Made by a program: the position numbers and the translations under genes. Positions 36,801 through 48,500 of a DNA stretch of 64,000 nt are shown in pieces. The first letter of the stretch is position 1. Every line of letters starts with the position of its first letter. This DNA comes from Phoronis australis (Eukaryota; Animalia; Phoronida): NCBI GenBank assembly GCA_002633005.1, contig NMRA01000007.1:177290-241289 (forward strand). Reading direction: 5' to 3'. Under the pieces are notes generated by a model that was not told the origin of the DNA, did no database searches, and was given only the letters and a program-made list of their open reading frames with translations.

Positions 36801-37980
36801 TAAAACAAGTTTGCGACTCGAAGCTCCCACGTCAGAAGTAATGGATGAAGTCCGCTTGATTCACAGTATCCAGTGGCGGATTTAGAGGGGGGCCAAGGGG
36901 GCCATGGCCTCGCCTAAAATTCTCCCAGATTCCATTTGGCAATACGGGGGTGCGAATGTCTGTCGGGCAAAATCCTGGCTAATACTCTGCCATGGCCCCC
37001 TAACTCAAAATCCTGGATCCGCCCCTGGTATCATCATAAGAACGAACTTGCCTTGTTTAAAAAACCTCGAAATTAAGCCATTTGCTTTTATTTCCGTCAG
37101 ACTGTTGTATTCTTTTATGCTTATTCCTTGCTTACAAGCACAAAATCTGCAACAACAACATCAGGTCTCGTAAGCCACGCGACGTTCTACTTTAAATTTA
37201 TTCAAATTGCATAAATCCATCACCTGATTATTGTGTAACTTGTTTTCTACAGAAATTTATTCGTCATCACGAACAATACGGAGTCCGCAAGTGTGTTGTT
37301 GGAGGTACGCTATGTAATGACTTAATAAATTATGACTTAAATGTCTGAAAAAGATAATTTCTGAGTTTCCGACATTGTGATAACTTAAGTCAGTTTGCAC
37401 TTTACCCGAATGACGTGAAACCCAATCCCAACTAATTAGCGAATGAAATGAAAGCACCGTTGCATTGGATACTGTGCATAATTTCTTAAATGTCTGTTGG
37501 TGTAGAAAACTAAGGAAGCTTTGCTCAAAATTATTTGTTTGAAGGAAAAGATAAAGAATGGCCATTCTCTAAAATGTGTTAATTCGATTGATTTGTGTTT
37601 GTCTTGCAGGACGGTCAATGGGTGCCCGTGCAGCTGCTGGTGTCGCCACTGACGGTGATGCAGACGAACTTCCTATTGTTGCAGGCGTCATCTGTATCTC
37701 ATACCCTCTGCATAGGAAATATAACTTAGAGAATCTCAGAGACGAATCTTTAATAAAATTAACTAAGCCAACACTTTTCGTAAGTGGTACCGCGGATGAG
37801 ATGTGCAAAAAGGAAGTTATGGAAGAAACGTTGAAATCCATGACGTGCAGTACGAAAATGTCGTGGGTTGATGGCGCCAAGCACTCACTTACCAGCGGCA
37901 AGTCGTCAGATTCAAGGATAATGGACGAAATATGCGACATCGTCTGTGATTGGTGTTGTGTGGCAGCAAATGTTGAATAA
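33859..37980 (+). CDS. TEX30: TEX30-like alpha/beta-hydrolase (KANL3/Tex30 family), ~224 aa
   Basis: Exons 33859-33876 (MSGPIQ, least certain), 36393-36626, 37253-37304, 37610-37980, all phase-consistent. Motifs LTHGAGGD, RFTCK, GGRSMGARAAA (Ser), ICISYPLH, LFVSGTADEMC (Asp), GAKHS (His). Confidence 0.9.
34052..34065. promoter_or_regulatory. RFX X-box-like site
   Basis: GTAGCCATGGCGAC, two mismatches to GTTGCCATGGCAAC, next to CRE-like TGCGTCAGTGACGTA. Confidence 0.4.
34109..34272. mobile_element. MITE with 5-bp target-site duplication (CATAG)
   Basis: CATAG|CAGCGGGCAGATTTAGG...CCTGGATCCGCCCCTG|CATAG; same family as 36871-37027. Confidence 0.8.
34744..35283. mobile_element. Non-autonomous DNA transposon with TIRs and AATTACG subterminal repeats
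   Basis: TATGATGGGCCGTT ... AACGGCCCATTATA; many inverted AATTACG/CGTAA(A)TT motifs in both halves. Confidence 0.65.
36871..37027. mobile_element. MITE with 5-bp target-site duplication (GTATC)
   Basis: GTATC|CAGTGGCGGATTTAG...CCTGGATCCGCCCCTG|GTATC. Confidence 0.8.
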
Positions 37981-38603
37981 TTCGTGTTTCGGTCTGAATT
38001 GAGATTATTCCCTCTGACTCGCAGTCTTAACCCACTGGTGTAAAAAAACCCTGCTCTTTGCTATACCAGAAAATCCAAAGAATACACTATTCAATCTCAT
38101 CAATTAAAGTGTCCATAAACCCACTTACGCCTTTCGTGAAAGAATGACTTGATTTAGGTCCCTAACATCAGACTGATTTCCTTTCGTACCGAGATCAGAG
38201 ATTATCTCTGACCTGAGAACTACCCACGGGTCATCAGATTGCTTCAGATCCGGGTTAAGTTCCGTAGAGGCACGAATTTCGGGTAAACCTAGTCTGGTAA
38301 CGTTCCTATGCATGGCAATGTCTCTTGCGTGATCTTGACTTTTAGCGAGCTTTTCGATGGAGTCTCTACGGAACGCTGGCTGTCCCGGCGGGTTAGTTTT
38401 AGTCGCCAAAGCAGCATGGCCGTTATGTGGGAATTCTAGACTATTTATTGCATCTTATTTCAACAGGAGCAAGGAGTGGCGGCGCTAGTTGTAGCGATAA
38501 CAACGAACTCTCAAGGGAACTCTCCTATACTTCTACACTCTTTGAATGCAGCGTGTATTTTAAATTATCGATTCATGTTCCAGCGTTTTATCAAAGAAAA
38601 TTA

Positions 38604-39376
38604 TTTTTATGCGCCCACATATTTGTGGACGCATTCATGCCGTCATCTCCGTCCGGCGTCCGTCCGGCGTCCGTCCGGCGTCCGCTGCTCTATCTCCAAA
38701 ACCCTTTGACGTACGTTCAAACTGGAAAAGGAAAAATTGAAGGTTGACAAACGACAGTTGCTGCCCACCACTGTTATTCTAGTACCTGAGGTAGGTCGTC
38801 TTGAGGTTCAAATTTGGTGCAAGCTTACGTGGGGGAAAATGAGTTTGGTTCTGCCAAGGTTAGTAGAATTTCAACCACATGGTATAATAACTATGTACTA
38901 TTCTGTGGAGGTGTCTATTCTTAGATTTGACTTGGTGATTAATTTGAGGGCTTACCTACGGATTTCAATTGAAATGAAACTTAGGCCTCGATTTGGCAGC
39001 AGGCAAGTTGCCACTGCGACTTCATATTTTGTTTGGTGACCTGGTAAAAATCCCAACCGGCAGGCATATTTCCTCAGAATTTGAAGGCCCAGGTCAGTGT
39101 GCAACATACCAATGAGCCAGTGTCCATACTTAGGGACCCGTCACGTCATCTTGATGAGCTCGTTTCTTGTCAGGCCAGCGAGATCAGTGTCCTGAGGTCA
39201 ACCTTGCATCAGGTCAAACTTGACAACCAGAGAGATCTAGAACAGCAGAAGGCGGCGAGTGTACGTGCAGCGCTGGCGGTGGAGGTCAGATACAGGGACA
39301 GTCTAGAGGACTATGAAAGACAAGTTAGGCATTAATGTGGGCAGGGACGCATTTTGCAACACTCTAGACACTTGTG
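38604..39376 (+). mobile_element. DINE-1/HINE-like non-autonomous Helentron-type element
   Basis: T-run, then hairpin ATGCGCCCACA-TATT-TGTGGACGCAT, a (CGTCCGG/CGTC)n microsatellite at 38650-38683, and a distal TGTGGGC...GACGCAT inverted copy at 39336-39352. Confidence 0.5.
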
Positions 39377-39995
39377 GCGAGAAAACTTAGTTTGTGGAAT
39401 GAAAATACCATGTGCCTACTGTACGTCCTTAGGAAATAGCGTGTTTTCTTGCTCAACTCGACATTTCAGCTGCGCTGACCAATAACGTCGGTGATGGTGG
39501 TTTTGGTAGTGTACGCCAGTAAGGTCATCACCATGTTAACAAAATTACCTTTTGACTTGTACAAACAAGAATGGTTTCTCTAAACTCGCACTAAACTCGA
39601 CTTACGAAAGGCACCTCAAACTGGGATTTGAACCTGGCTTTGGTTGGTCTTGCTTTGTGGTATTTTAAATTCTAAAATTTAAGACATTGCATTGTTGTCA
39701 TTGCTTTTGAAAACTAAAATTTTCTTTCTTTCTCTTCTTTACACTTCACAATTGAAGCCGAGTGGGTGCATTTCTTGGGTGCATTTCAACGCTCCGCGTT
39801 GCTCTTGTAGTTTTATGCAACATAAAAAATTCACGAAAGTCACACAATTCCCTGTTTCTGATAGCCTCTCATGCAAATCAGTGTGGAAAACCTATTCCTA
39901 ACGACATGTTGTGATGTAATGTGAAATGTGGTCGAAATGGTAGTTTGATAAAAGATGTACCAAAATAAAGTATGATAGCCACTACTTGATATTTT

Positions 39996-40331
39996 TCATT
40001 AGCATAGCCACATATCACATCATTAGCATAGCCACATATTACGTCATTAGCATAGCCACATATCACGTCATTAGCATAGCCACATATCACGTCATTAGCA
40101 TAGCCACACATCACGTCATTAGCATAGCCACATATCACGTCATTAGCGTGCCACATATCACGTCATTAGCGTAGCCACATATCTCGTCATTAGCGTAGCC
40201 ACATATCACGTCATTAGCGTAGCCACAGATCACATCATTAGCACAGCCACACATCTCATCATTAGCACAGCCACACATCACATCATTAGCATAGCCACAT
40301 ATCACATCATTAGCATAGCCACATATCACAT
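39996..40331. repeat. 24-bp minisatellite, about 14 copies
   Basis: Unit TCATTAGCATAGCCACATATCAC(A/G); explains the repetitive CGYANDVI and ISIATYHV ORFs. Confidence 0.95.
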
Positions 40332-42831
40332 AAAGTTAAAATTAGGAACTTGAGACTACAGCAAACCAAGTTTGTACTGACTGAAGTAATCACTTAAAAC
40401 CACACACAGCAAATTCTTAAAAGCCATTAATTTTGGTTTGTGTTTTTAGAGTACATCTCATTACTGGGTGCTATGAACTTTCACAATTTTGACATGTGTT
40501 CAAACTGCCCTGTGGCTGAATGAAATTCAGTGATTGGTCATTGTGGCTAACTTCATTTAATGTTGTTTGAAATTTGTTTTGATTTAAATTGACATTACCT
40601 AATTAACTCTATATTGGACTTTAAATATACTTGGTTGCAATGTCATTCTCCACTATATAGTTGATGATGAGAGAAGTATTATTGCAATAGGTTTCGGCTT
40701 ATCATTTTTGTAATTTTACTGCCATACCTACCGTAGGTTCTACAGAAAGTGAAGGTTAATAAGATTGCTCTTTTTGTACCCTGGAAAAGCAACAACTTCC
40801 TGCATGCATATTGATTCTTCACATCCTCGTTTTTTGATTCAGTGACTCGCTTGGTCTGTACATTTTATCTGTGTGGTCAGTCTGTAATACTTGTAGAATG
40901 AGCTCTAGATTTAGTGATGTGGAGAGAAGTTACATTAGCAAACAATCATGATGCTGTTTTACGTTTGAATCTAGCTTCAACAACAAGATTGTACTACTGT
41001 GTCATCGCCTACTTCACTTAAAATATTTGGCAAAATGTCACAAAGACTTGTATGATCTTGATTTGTTGTATTTACTGAATGTTACTCAGATGTCTTGGGA
41101 TTCATTACGTTTTTGCCTGTTTGGGCCTTGATGGTACTCCAATACTTCTGAACCCACTTAAGCTTAGAATTGTTTTTCAGGTGCCCATCATCTTCAGCTC
41201 TGACAGTAAAGTTACTGTGGTTGTTTGAAAGAAAGGAACATATCAGTAACAGTTTAGTTTTTTACAGAAGTGGTGAATTTGCTGCTTTGTGTAGTATTAG
41301 ATTATGATTAACAGTCAGACAACGTAGAAAAATGTGTCCTACAGTATACGAATTCGATGCAGGTGTGTAACTTCTTTTCCGTTCTGACAGCGGGGGTAGT
41401 TCAACTTGAAAACACAGTTATCTTTAATTAACAGGCTTGAATTGGGGCACTTATGCAAAACTGTACGGTTGCCATCATGGGGCCACTAGCAACGCAAGTC
41501 AGAACATAACTAGTCATAAGCCCACTGAAAAAGCACCAGCAATGTAGGAAACCCCAATCATGATAACAAAGTAGTGTGCACAGTTTTTGGTACCAACAAA
41601 ACAAAATCAAAGCACACTAAATTGAATAGACACACACAGTTGCACATTATAATCTGGATCAGGAGAGAAAGTGAGTACCGTGAGTTTTGGACACTGAAGT
41701 CTGACTGAACTAACTAGTTGTGACGAAATCTTTGATTTCAGTTTTAAAACTACCAATGAATAATGGCATGTATTCCAACTCACCATCACTGATCTCATGT
41801 AGACCAAATTTCCGAATGCTCTAGACAGCCGTGTAGTTGGTTGACGTCTCCACTTCAAAATCTTTTACTATGTATACGGTAGTCCTGCCTCTTAATTTTC
41901 TACAAAGCCATAGAAATCCCCCACTGGGCCAGTGTTTTTTGAAATACTTCATCCACTCTTTTTCTGTGGAGACACTCTGACAAAATACTCATATTTTCTT
42001 AGCTTTTATAACAATTTTTTTTTCTACATGGATGTAAAGAACTCGACCAAAACGAAAGTAAGGTTTTCATTCGAAATAGTTTCAAAGTTCTTTTTAATAT
42101 TAAATCTCTTTGTGAGTAGATAAAATTGCATACATGTAAAGTAACTTATTGTGTATGAAAATGATATATTTGTATTCGTTATCATATGTCATTGTAATCT
42201 TAACATCAATTTATTGATGTCTGTGCATAATTTTATAGATTTCTTCGTGTTAGTTTAGCCCACTAAAGCAATGCTTCTTAGTGCTTTTTGACTCTGTATA
42301 TTTATTGTATTGACTATTTCATAATAAAAAATTTTAAAAAATCTTTTTCTTCAGTTTCATTACCACATTCCATTGCACAAATAAATCTTAAAGTACAGCT
42401 GATCGAATTTGTCTTTCGTATCTTCTTTCTAGGATCCCTGCACTCCAAAAATAGAACTATGATTATCGACAATAGATGTCAGTGCTGCATACCTAGATTA
42501 TCCTTCTCTGGTGTATTTCAGGTTTTCTACAATAGATGACGCGACTGAAAGTCAAATGTGGCTTGAAAATACTACCCGTATTTAAATTAATACGCATCCA
42601 AGATTTACTCTTTTATTTTTATTGTGTGAAAACTGTCACTCATTTTGAATTTCACTTGTGCAGACCATCCATTTTGAAATACGAAACTTTATATAATGAT
42701 GCTTTACACAATAACTTTTGCTTGATGCACATTTACATCGCGAAGTAATATGGTAGGTGAACATGGTGCAGTGTCGCGTACCTGTTTGATTTGTTGCTGT
42801 TTGAAACTGCCGTTGTTAGTTGGCAATAACG

Positions 42832-44202
42832 ATGGCTTCTCAACCGAATATTCAAGGTTATCTTGAAAGGCAGAGAATTGGCGTGCTATTTGAAGACTTG
42901 ATGCAAAAGCTAATTAAAGACATGCCTAACGATCCTATCCCATTTTTGATAAAAGCTTTGCAAAAGAAACACGATAAGCAGTTGGGTTCGTATGGCAAAA
43001 AGAGTGAAACGGACGATTTTTTTGAAAGCAGCAATGAGCTGCGTAAAAGCGGAGGTGCGTACGGTGAAATGGCTGTTGAGAAACACCGAACCTATGACAA
43101 GCCATGGCAAAGCAATGCAAAACGTTTGAAAACGAAGAAGCCGCAGGAGGGAGACGCAGTTGGTTCTCAAACACTTGTGAAGGTAGCGCTTGACGATCAC
43201 AGTGAATTTAAAAGTAAACATAAGAAAGATGACAAGTCGCCTCAAAGAAAGCAGAAGAAACGTCGTTCTGAAGAAGAGGATTTAGCACTTGAGCTTAAGG
43301 CCCCGCAGTCATTACGTATGAAAACAGTCGAAAATGGGTCAAGTGAATTTGTTGATGCTAGCAGAGGAAAAGTAAAAGCCAGCACAGTAATTGCTGCCAA
43401 TCACAGAAAGGAACTGGAAAAGATTGCCATGGGACACAAGCTCAACAAGGACACTAATACTGCTGCTGAAGAGAACGACGACTCCATAGACGATGCCGAT
43501 GAAATGCTTGAAGATGCTGAGGAGCTTCGTAAGGAGGGTGTCAGTAATGTTTGTGTTTCTGGGCACAAGTTGAGCAAAAAGAAAGGTCAAAGTAAGAAGT
43601 TGTCTGGTGATGTGAAGGTAGGAGTGTGTGCTTGGTGTGCCCGTATGCTCGGTGGTGAGCATGTGGCTGACTTGCGCAAAAGCGAAGTCCACAGTGATTC
43701 CGACACCGAGTCCTGCGCATCAAAGTCTAGTGCTACAACCACCAAGTCCAGTGTTATCCTCAAAAATGTAAGGAAGGAAGAAAAAACGCAAGATATTTTT
43801 GACGATGACGATTTTGAAAGTGTGTCCCAAGTGAGTGGGCCTCGTGCTCCAGTGTGGGAGGACAATGACTCAGATGCCCCTACGCTTACTCCGAGGAAGG
43901 GAAGTCACATGCTCTCTAAATCGCTGCAGCCTGTCAAGGGACGGAACATGCTCGCTGAATTCACCGGTCCAATGTCTCCTACCCCTCGTTCATCTAGAAC
44001 TGTAACTGTGAAGAAAGATCAGCCATTTACACCCAGTCATACGTGGAGTGGTGGTGCTAAGGTAGACAAAATGGCATCAGCTCGCTCAACAGACTTCTTT
44101 AACCAAAAGCGCCAGGGTTGGAACACTGTGGAAGACTCCGAAGGAAGTACTATTGATATTGACACTGAGAGGCCTAGGTCATCTAGGGCTTATAGAAAGT
44201 GA
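42832..44202 (+). CDS. C8orf34: C8orf34 (VEST1)-like protein, 456 aa, single coding exon, N-terminal RIIa/Dpy-30-type dimerisation-docking domain
   Basis: Long ORF. IQGYLERQRIGVLFEDLMQKLIKDMPNDPIPFLI, RTYDKPWQSNAK, EMLEDAEELRKEGV, CAWCARMLG and DDFESVSQVSGP correspond in order to blocks recalled from vertebrate C8orf34. A splice acceptor lies at 42818-42819. Confidence 0.88.
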   Translation: MASQPNIQGYLERQRIGVLFEDLMQKLIKDMPNDPIPFLIKALQKKHDKQLGSYGKKSETDDFFESSNELRKSGGAYGEMAVEKHRTYDKPWQSNAKRLKTKKPQEGDAVGSQTLVKVALDDHSEFKSKHKKDDKSPQRKQKKRRSEEEDLALELKAPQSLRMKTVENGSSEFVDASRGKVKASTVIAANHRKELEKIAMGHKLNKDTNTAAEENDDSIDDADEMLEDAEELRKEGVSNVCVSGHKLSKKKGQSKKLSGDVKVGVCAWCARMLGGEHVADLRKSEVHSDSDTESCASKSSATTTKSSVILKNVRKEEKTQDIFDDDDFESVSQVSGPRAPVWEDNDSDAPTLTPRKGSHMLSKSLQPVKGRNMLAEFTGPMSPTPRSSRTVTVKKDQPFTPSHTWSGGAKVDKMASARSTDFFNQKRQGWNTVEDSEGSTIDIDTERPRSSRAYRK

Positions 44203-45392
44203 AGTCCTTAATTGTGTGGATTAGCAAAATGATGACAGAATACATACTGACATTGACATGAGCCTTAGGTCATCTAGAGCTTATAGAAAGTTCATGGCTG
44301 AGTGTGTATCAACGAAAAGGCTTGCATTTATATGAGATTTATGATAATAGTCACTTCCAGGAGTGCCGCATTTTGATTACCAGTTTTCTCCACTGAATCA
44401 ATGGGTTTTCAAAATCCAGGACCCCTTGCTATTCCAAAGCAACATTCAATAATTCGCTTGACATTTCTCTGTGGCCAGTTTTCAAATTTACCAATCAGTC
44501 ATGCATTATTTTTAATTTTGTAAACACGATTCTTTATTTTATGAAAAAAATATTCAGTGTTTTCAGTATGAAGTTTTCGATATACAACTCGAAAGCAACT
44601 TCTTGACCCAATTTCAACTGTTTGTGGTCTAGATGGGTAGGGTTTACTTAGAAGAAGTGTAATTTCTTTCATTCAGGGACATTTAGTGGTGTTGGAATAT
44701 TTTCATGTGAACCATTTGAACATCCCACCATAAAACAATCTTGATTTGTCGGTGACTGGAAAGAATTTAAAAAAGTGTGGTGTTTAAGTGCTTCAACACT
44801 CCTTATTCAAAATCTCCCTCCAAGTTACATGTCAACTATATGTGGCATTGCATGTTTTTACATAAAATACTCTTTATCGCCATCTAGTGGCAGAAAATTT
44901 CATTATTTTGCTGCTGTATTGGAAAGTGGCTGTTGAAGACTGCTGCAAGCCTTTGTGTTAATGTCACACATTTGTTAATTAGTTAATTATATGCATATTT
45001 TTGTAAAAATTCTTCAATTCATTTGTATTTTTCAGAGATTTACCACGTTGAAAATGCTCACAATTTTACCAAATGGAATTTGGTAATAGCTTCACCATAC
45101 AAACCATGCTAAGAGCAAAGTAAATTTTCCTGAAATGTCATTTTTGTTGGGAAATGTGACATTTCACCTGTACGCCATATTATGCCCAAATCTGAAGTTT
45201 CTACAGCACTCAAAATTGAGTCCTTTGTGTGGTATTATCACAACCCAGCCTGACTTTCAAAGGAATCTTCAAGCCAAGCTTTTTGTATAATTTAAAACAA
45301 ATTTCAATTTATGAAATTGGTCTCAAAGTAGGTGTGATTTCTGTGGTTGAAAAAAGATCACTTCTAAACTGAGTAGGGATCAAAACAAGACC

Positions 45393-45535
45393 ATGGGTGC
45401 TTTCAGTAACGCTAGGACCTAGCTAAGATCTAGTCAAAGTCACGTGTTCTCACTTAAAATACACGTCAATATTTCACGTAATCTCGCGAAGTCTTGCTAT
45501 TAAGCGAGGTCCTGGCGTTACTGAACGGGAGCCAG
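45393..45535. mobile_element. ~140-bp MITE family (copies also at 48243-48380, 54470-54626, 58572-58700)
   Basis: TIR TTCAGTAACGCTAGGACC...GGTCCTGGCGTTACTGAA; shared core CAATATCTCACGTAATCTCGCGAAGTCTTG. Confidence 0.8.
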
Positions 45536-48500
45536 TTTTGTAATGATATCAAAAGGAATACTTGTTTTTTTTCTGAAAGCACCGGTTTAATGCCGCCTTA
45601 ATTTGATGTATTCTCTGTGGAGTCGGGAGTTTTAAAGTACTTTCCATCTACAGGCTTCTGTATTTAATCATATTTTCTAGAGAAAAAACAAAAGGACAAT
45701 GAACCCACTCATTCTGTCAATAGCTCACTTTTGATTTAGACCACTCAATGTTATAAAATCGGTCTTATCTTGAGAACTGGCTGTTTGATAAAAATCAGTT
45801 ACATGGGTCATGCATTTAGAGAACCAGTTTTCTCCACTGAATAACCCGCATGAAACTGGTTATCCAAACTCAGACACTGTGACTATTGCCGGATTCTCAT
45901 TATTTGCTTCATGGCATTGCCATTCTATTGATTGTGCTGGCTGGCTAGTTTCTGTTACCAAGATGGTTTCGAGGTTTGGAATTCCAGGTGATAAAATCGC
46001 GATGACGTCACTTTGGAAGGGCCATTGAGAGTGTAAAGAAAAGTTTGGTTTCAACACCAGGACACGCCGGTGTATAGCAACTTTAACTTTGTGTTAGATC
46101 ACGTGCATTATAAAATTTCTCTTGAATGACTTTTTCATTGAACTCAGATTAGAACTGAGATCAGTTGCAATTGAAAAACGAACTGGGACTACGTTTTGGA
46201 AGGTCTCCCCAACCTTAAGATTCCTTGAAGTCTCTTTAAATGCTCAGCCTCTTCTTTGTTACAGCAGAAAAGGTTTACGAGTTTCTGTCGTGATAAGGAA
46301 TATTTTGAAACCGATGTTATTAGGATAAGTGGCCTGTATGATTTTTTCGATCAACTCCAAAAGACTAAATGCAGTTGTAAGAGAGAAAGCATCCCTTGAA
46401 ATTGTGAGCTCTGGAGTAGATGTGAAGTTTACGTGTTATACATAGACTGGTTGTCACCGTCAGCTAATTGTACTTGTTTGTGTCAACTAACAAGTCAAGT
46501 AGCACTTATTGATGCTGTGTACAAATCCCAGCGTGAACAGCTAATAAGTTTTGTGAATAATACTGAGATATCACGTTGCTACGTCAAGTCAACCTGTCAC
46601 GCAGTAGTTGTACGATCTGTCACAATTTAATGCTTTTTATGGCCAAATAGCAAAGTTGCGGCTTCTACCACACGTCACGGAGTCGGCGCAGACTCTCCCA
46701 CTTAAAATTGTTCCTAGGAACAAGTTTCGCGTGACAGGACCCGTAGAAATTGTGTGCATATTTGGTGAACTATTTTGCTACCCAGGAAAACGATAAGGTA
46801 TCTGCTTACTTAGGTTCTGTGAGCAATGTATCCATACGCGCAATAAAATAAACTTTTATAGTATGATTTTCGAACCAGAAAGTAAACAAAAATGCCGTAA
46901 CCGTCGTGTTGATGATTTGGCCAAGAACCAGCTAGGGTTTCTGTGAAATGTTGATTTGCCACAGACATCTGCTACTTCATTCGAACACCCTGTAACTTGC
47001 TAGAACATTCCTTGACTTTGCTTTGGCTTCGTTGCTTCAAGCCGCCATGAATCTTATGTAAAAACGACTAACTTTTGATTTATACCGCGCCATTCGTTGT
47101 TTAATCAGACTAGAAATGATTTCTGGAGAATTGACATTTCGTTAGACTTGACGCATCGAATGACACCAAGGGTTCACGTGAACTTTATTGAGGCCTGTCA
47201 ATAACAACCTATCAGTTTTTCTTAAGCGACTTGACACAGATTTTAAATACTTTGCTGGTCAAGGCTAATAACTTCAAGAAATCGACTTTACCCAAAAATC
47301 TGTTTTCCAAAACCGATCGTGTCTTTTTAAAACAAAGTTGGTTAACACTTTCTATTGCGTAAAAGTTGGAAGAAACCAGGGCGTGAAAATGCCGAGTTTT
47401 TCATGTTTTGAATATTGTTCCGATTTGAAAAAGACACAAAATGTAGAAATTCACGGGGCAATCTTCAGAAATTAATCTGTCTAATTAGAGGAAATAGGTA
47501 CCGGGCGGAAGCTTTTGTCAACATTAGTACAGTATCCGCCATTTCCAATCAAAAATTCTGACAAATTCGTTTCCGTTTTTTCAACGAGCTGCCAAGTGTC
47601 GTATTAGATTCTTAGAGTCTCGTTGTCAAGTTGGATAAGAGTCAGGCCGGATAAACAAAATATTTGAAATAAACATTTGTACTTTTATTCCACATAAACC
47701 ACAGATAAGTTTCTTACAAAAAAACATGAAAGAGACATCTCTTACCCAAATGGCATTGACACATATACTTTAAGAAATTTCACAAGTCTGCCTCATGAAA
47801 AGGATATTTGTTGTATTTAAAACTGTTATGAACCAGAATTTTGTAAAAAAAAATTTTGGCCTCTATCTCTTGCCGTTATAAATCTGGTCTTTAACTATTC
47901 CTTGTTCTGCATAGAAATTATGCCTTGGCAAAGGAAAAAATTGACAGTTCGTTATTCTTTGAGACTTTACTCGACAAATATCCGTCTCGTCCAAGGTGCA
48001 ACTCGTCCAGAACTGCGCCATGTCCTGGAAATTGTCGACATTTCGTGAATCCGCTCAAAAATAGTCCGGCAAAGCGAGAATTTACAAGAAAGTGAAGAAG
48101 ACGAAGTTATCACACAGAGATGGTCGCCTGACATTTCTTTTGGTGCCCGGTTGTCTGGTTATATGTGGACATAAAATTTTAGTGGCTCACGACGTAAATG
48201 GTCAAAACGTCACTCCCTATCTGACCAAGGAACAAGTTGAGACCTGGGTAGAGTTCAGTAGCTGTCTCACGGCGAGAAAATCAAGCCAAAATCATGTGCT
48301 TTCACTTAAAATACACGGCAATATCTCGTGTAATCTCGCGAAGTCTTGCTTTTCTATCGAGATTCTAGCGTTATTGAATTTTCACTTGTTTCATGATAAT
48401 AAGTAATCAAAATCGAATGCTAATCTTTTGACAAATGGATTCCAAACTCGTACATTTGACATCTCGAACATTTCTTCGTGCATAAATAACTCGTCGCTCA

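Noticed and set aside
39878-40329. Repetitive CGYANDVI ORFs, or a CRISPR-like array
   Set aside because: Contiguous 24-bp units with no unique spacers; the ORFs are a by-product of unit length.
42910-43865. Several minus-strand ORFs of 60-117 aa
   Set aside because: Antisense shadows of the C8orf34-like coding sequence.
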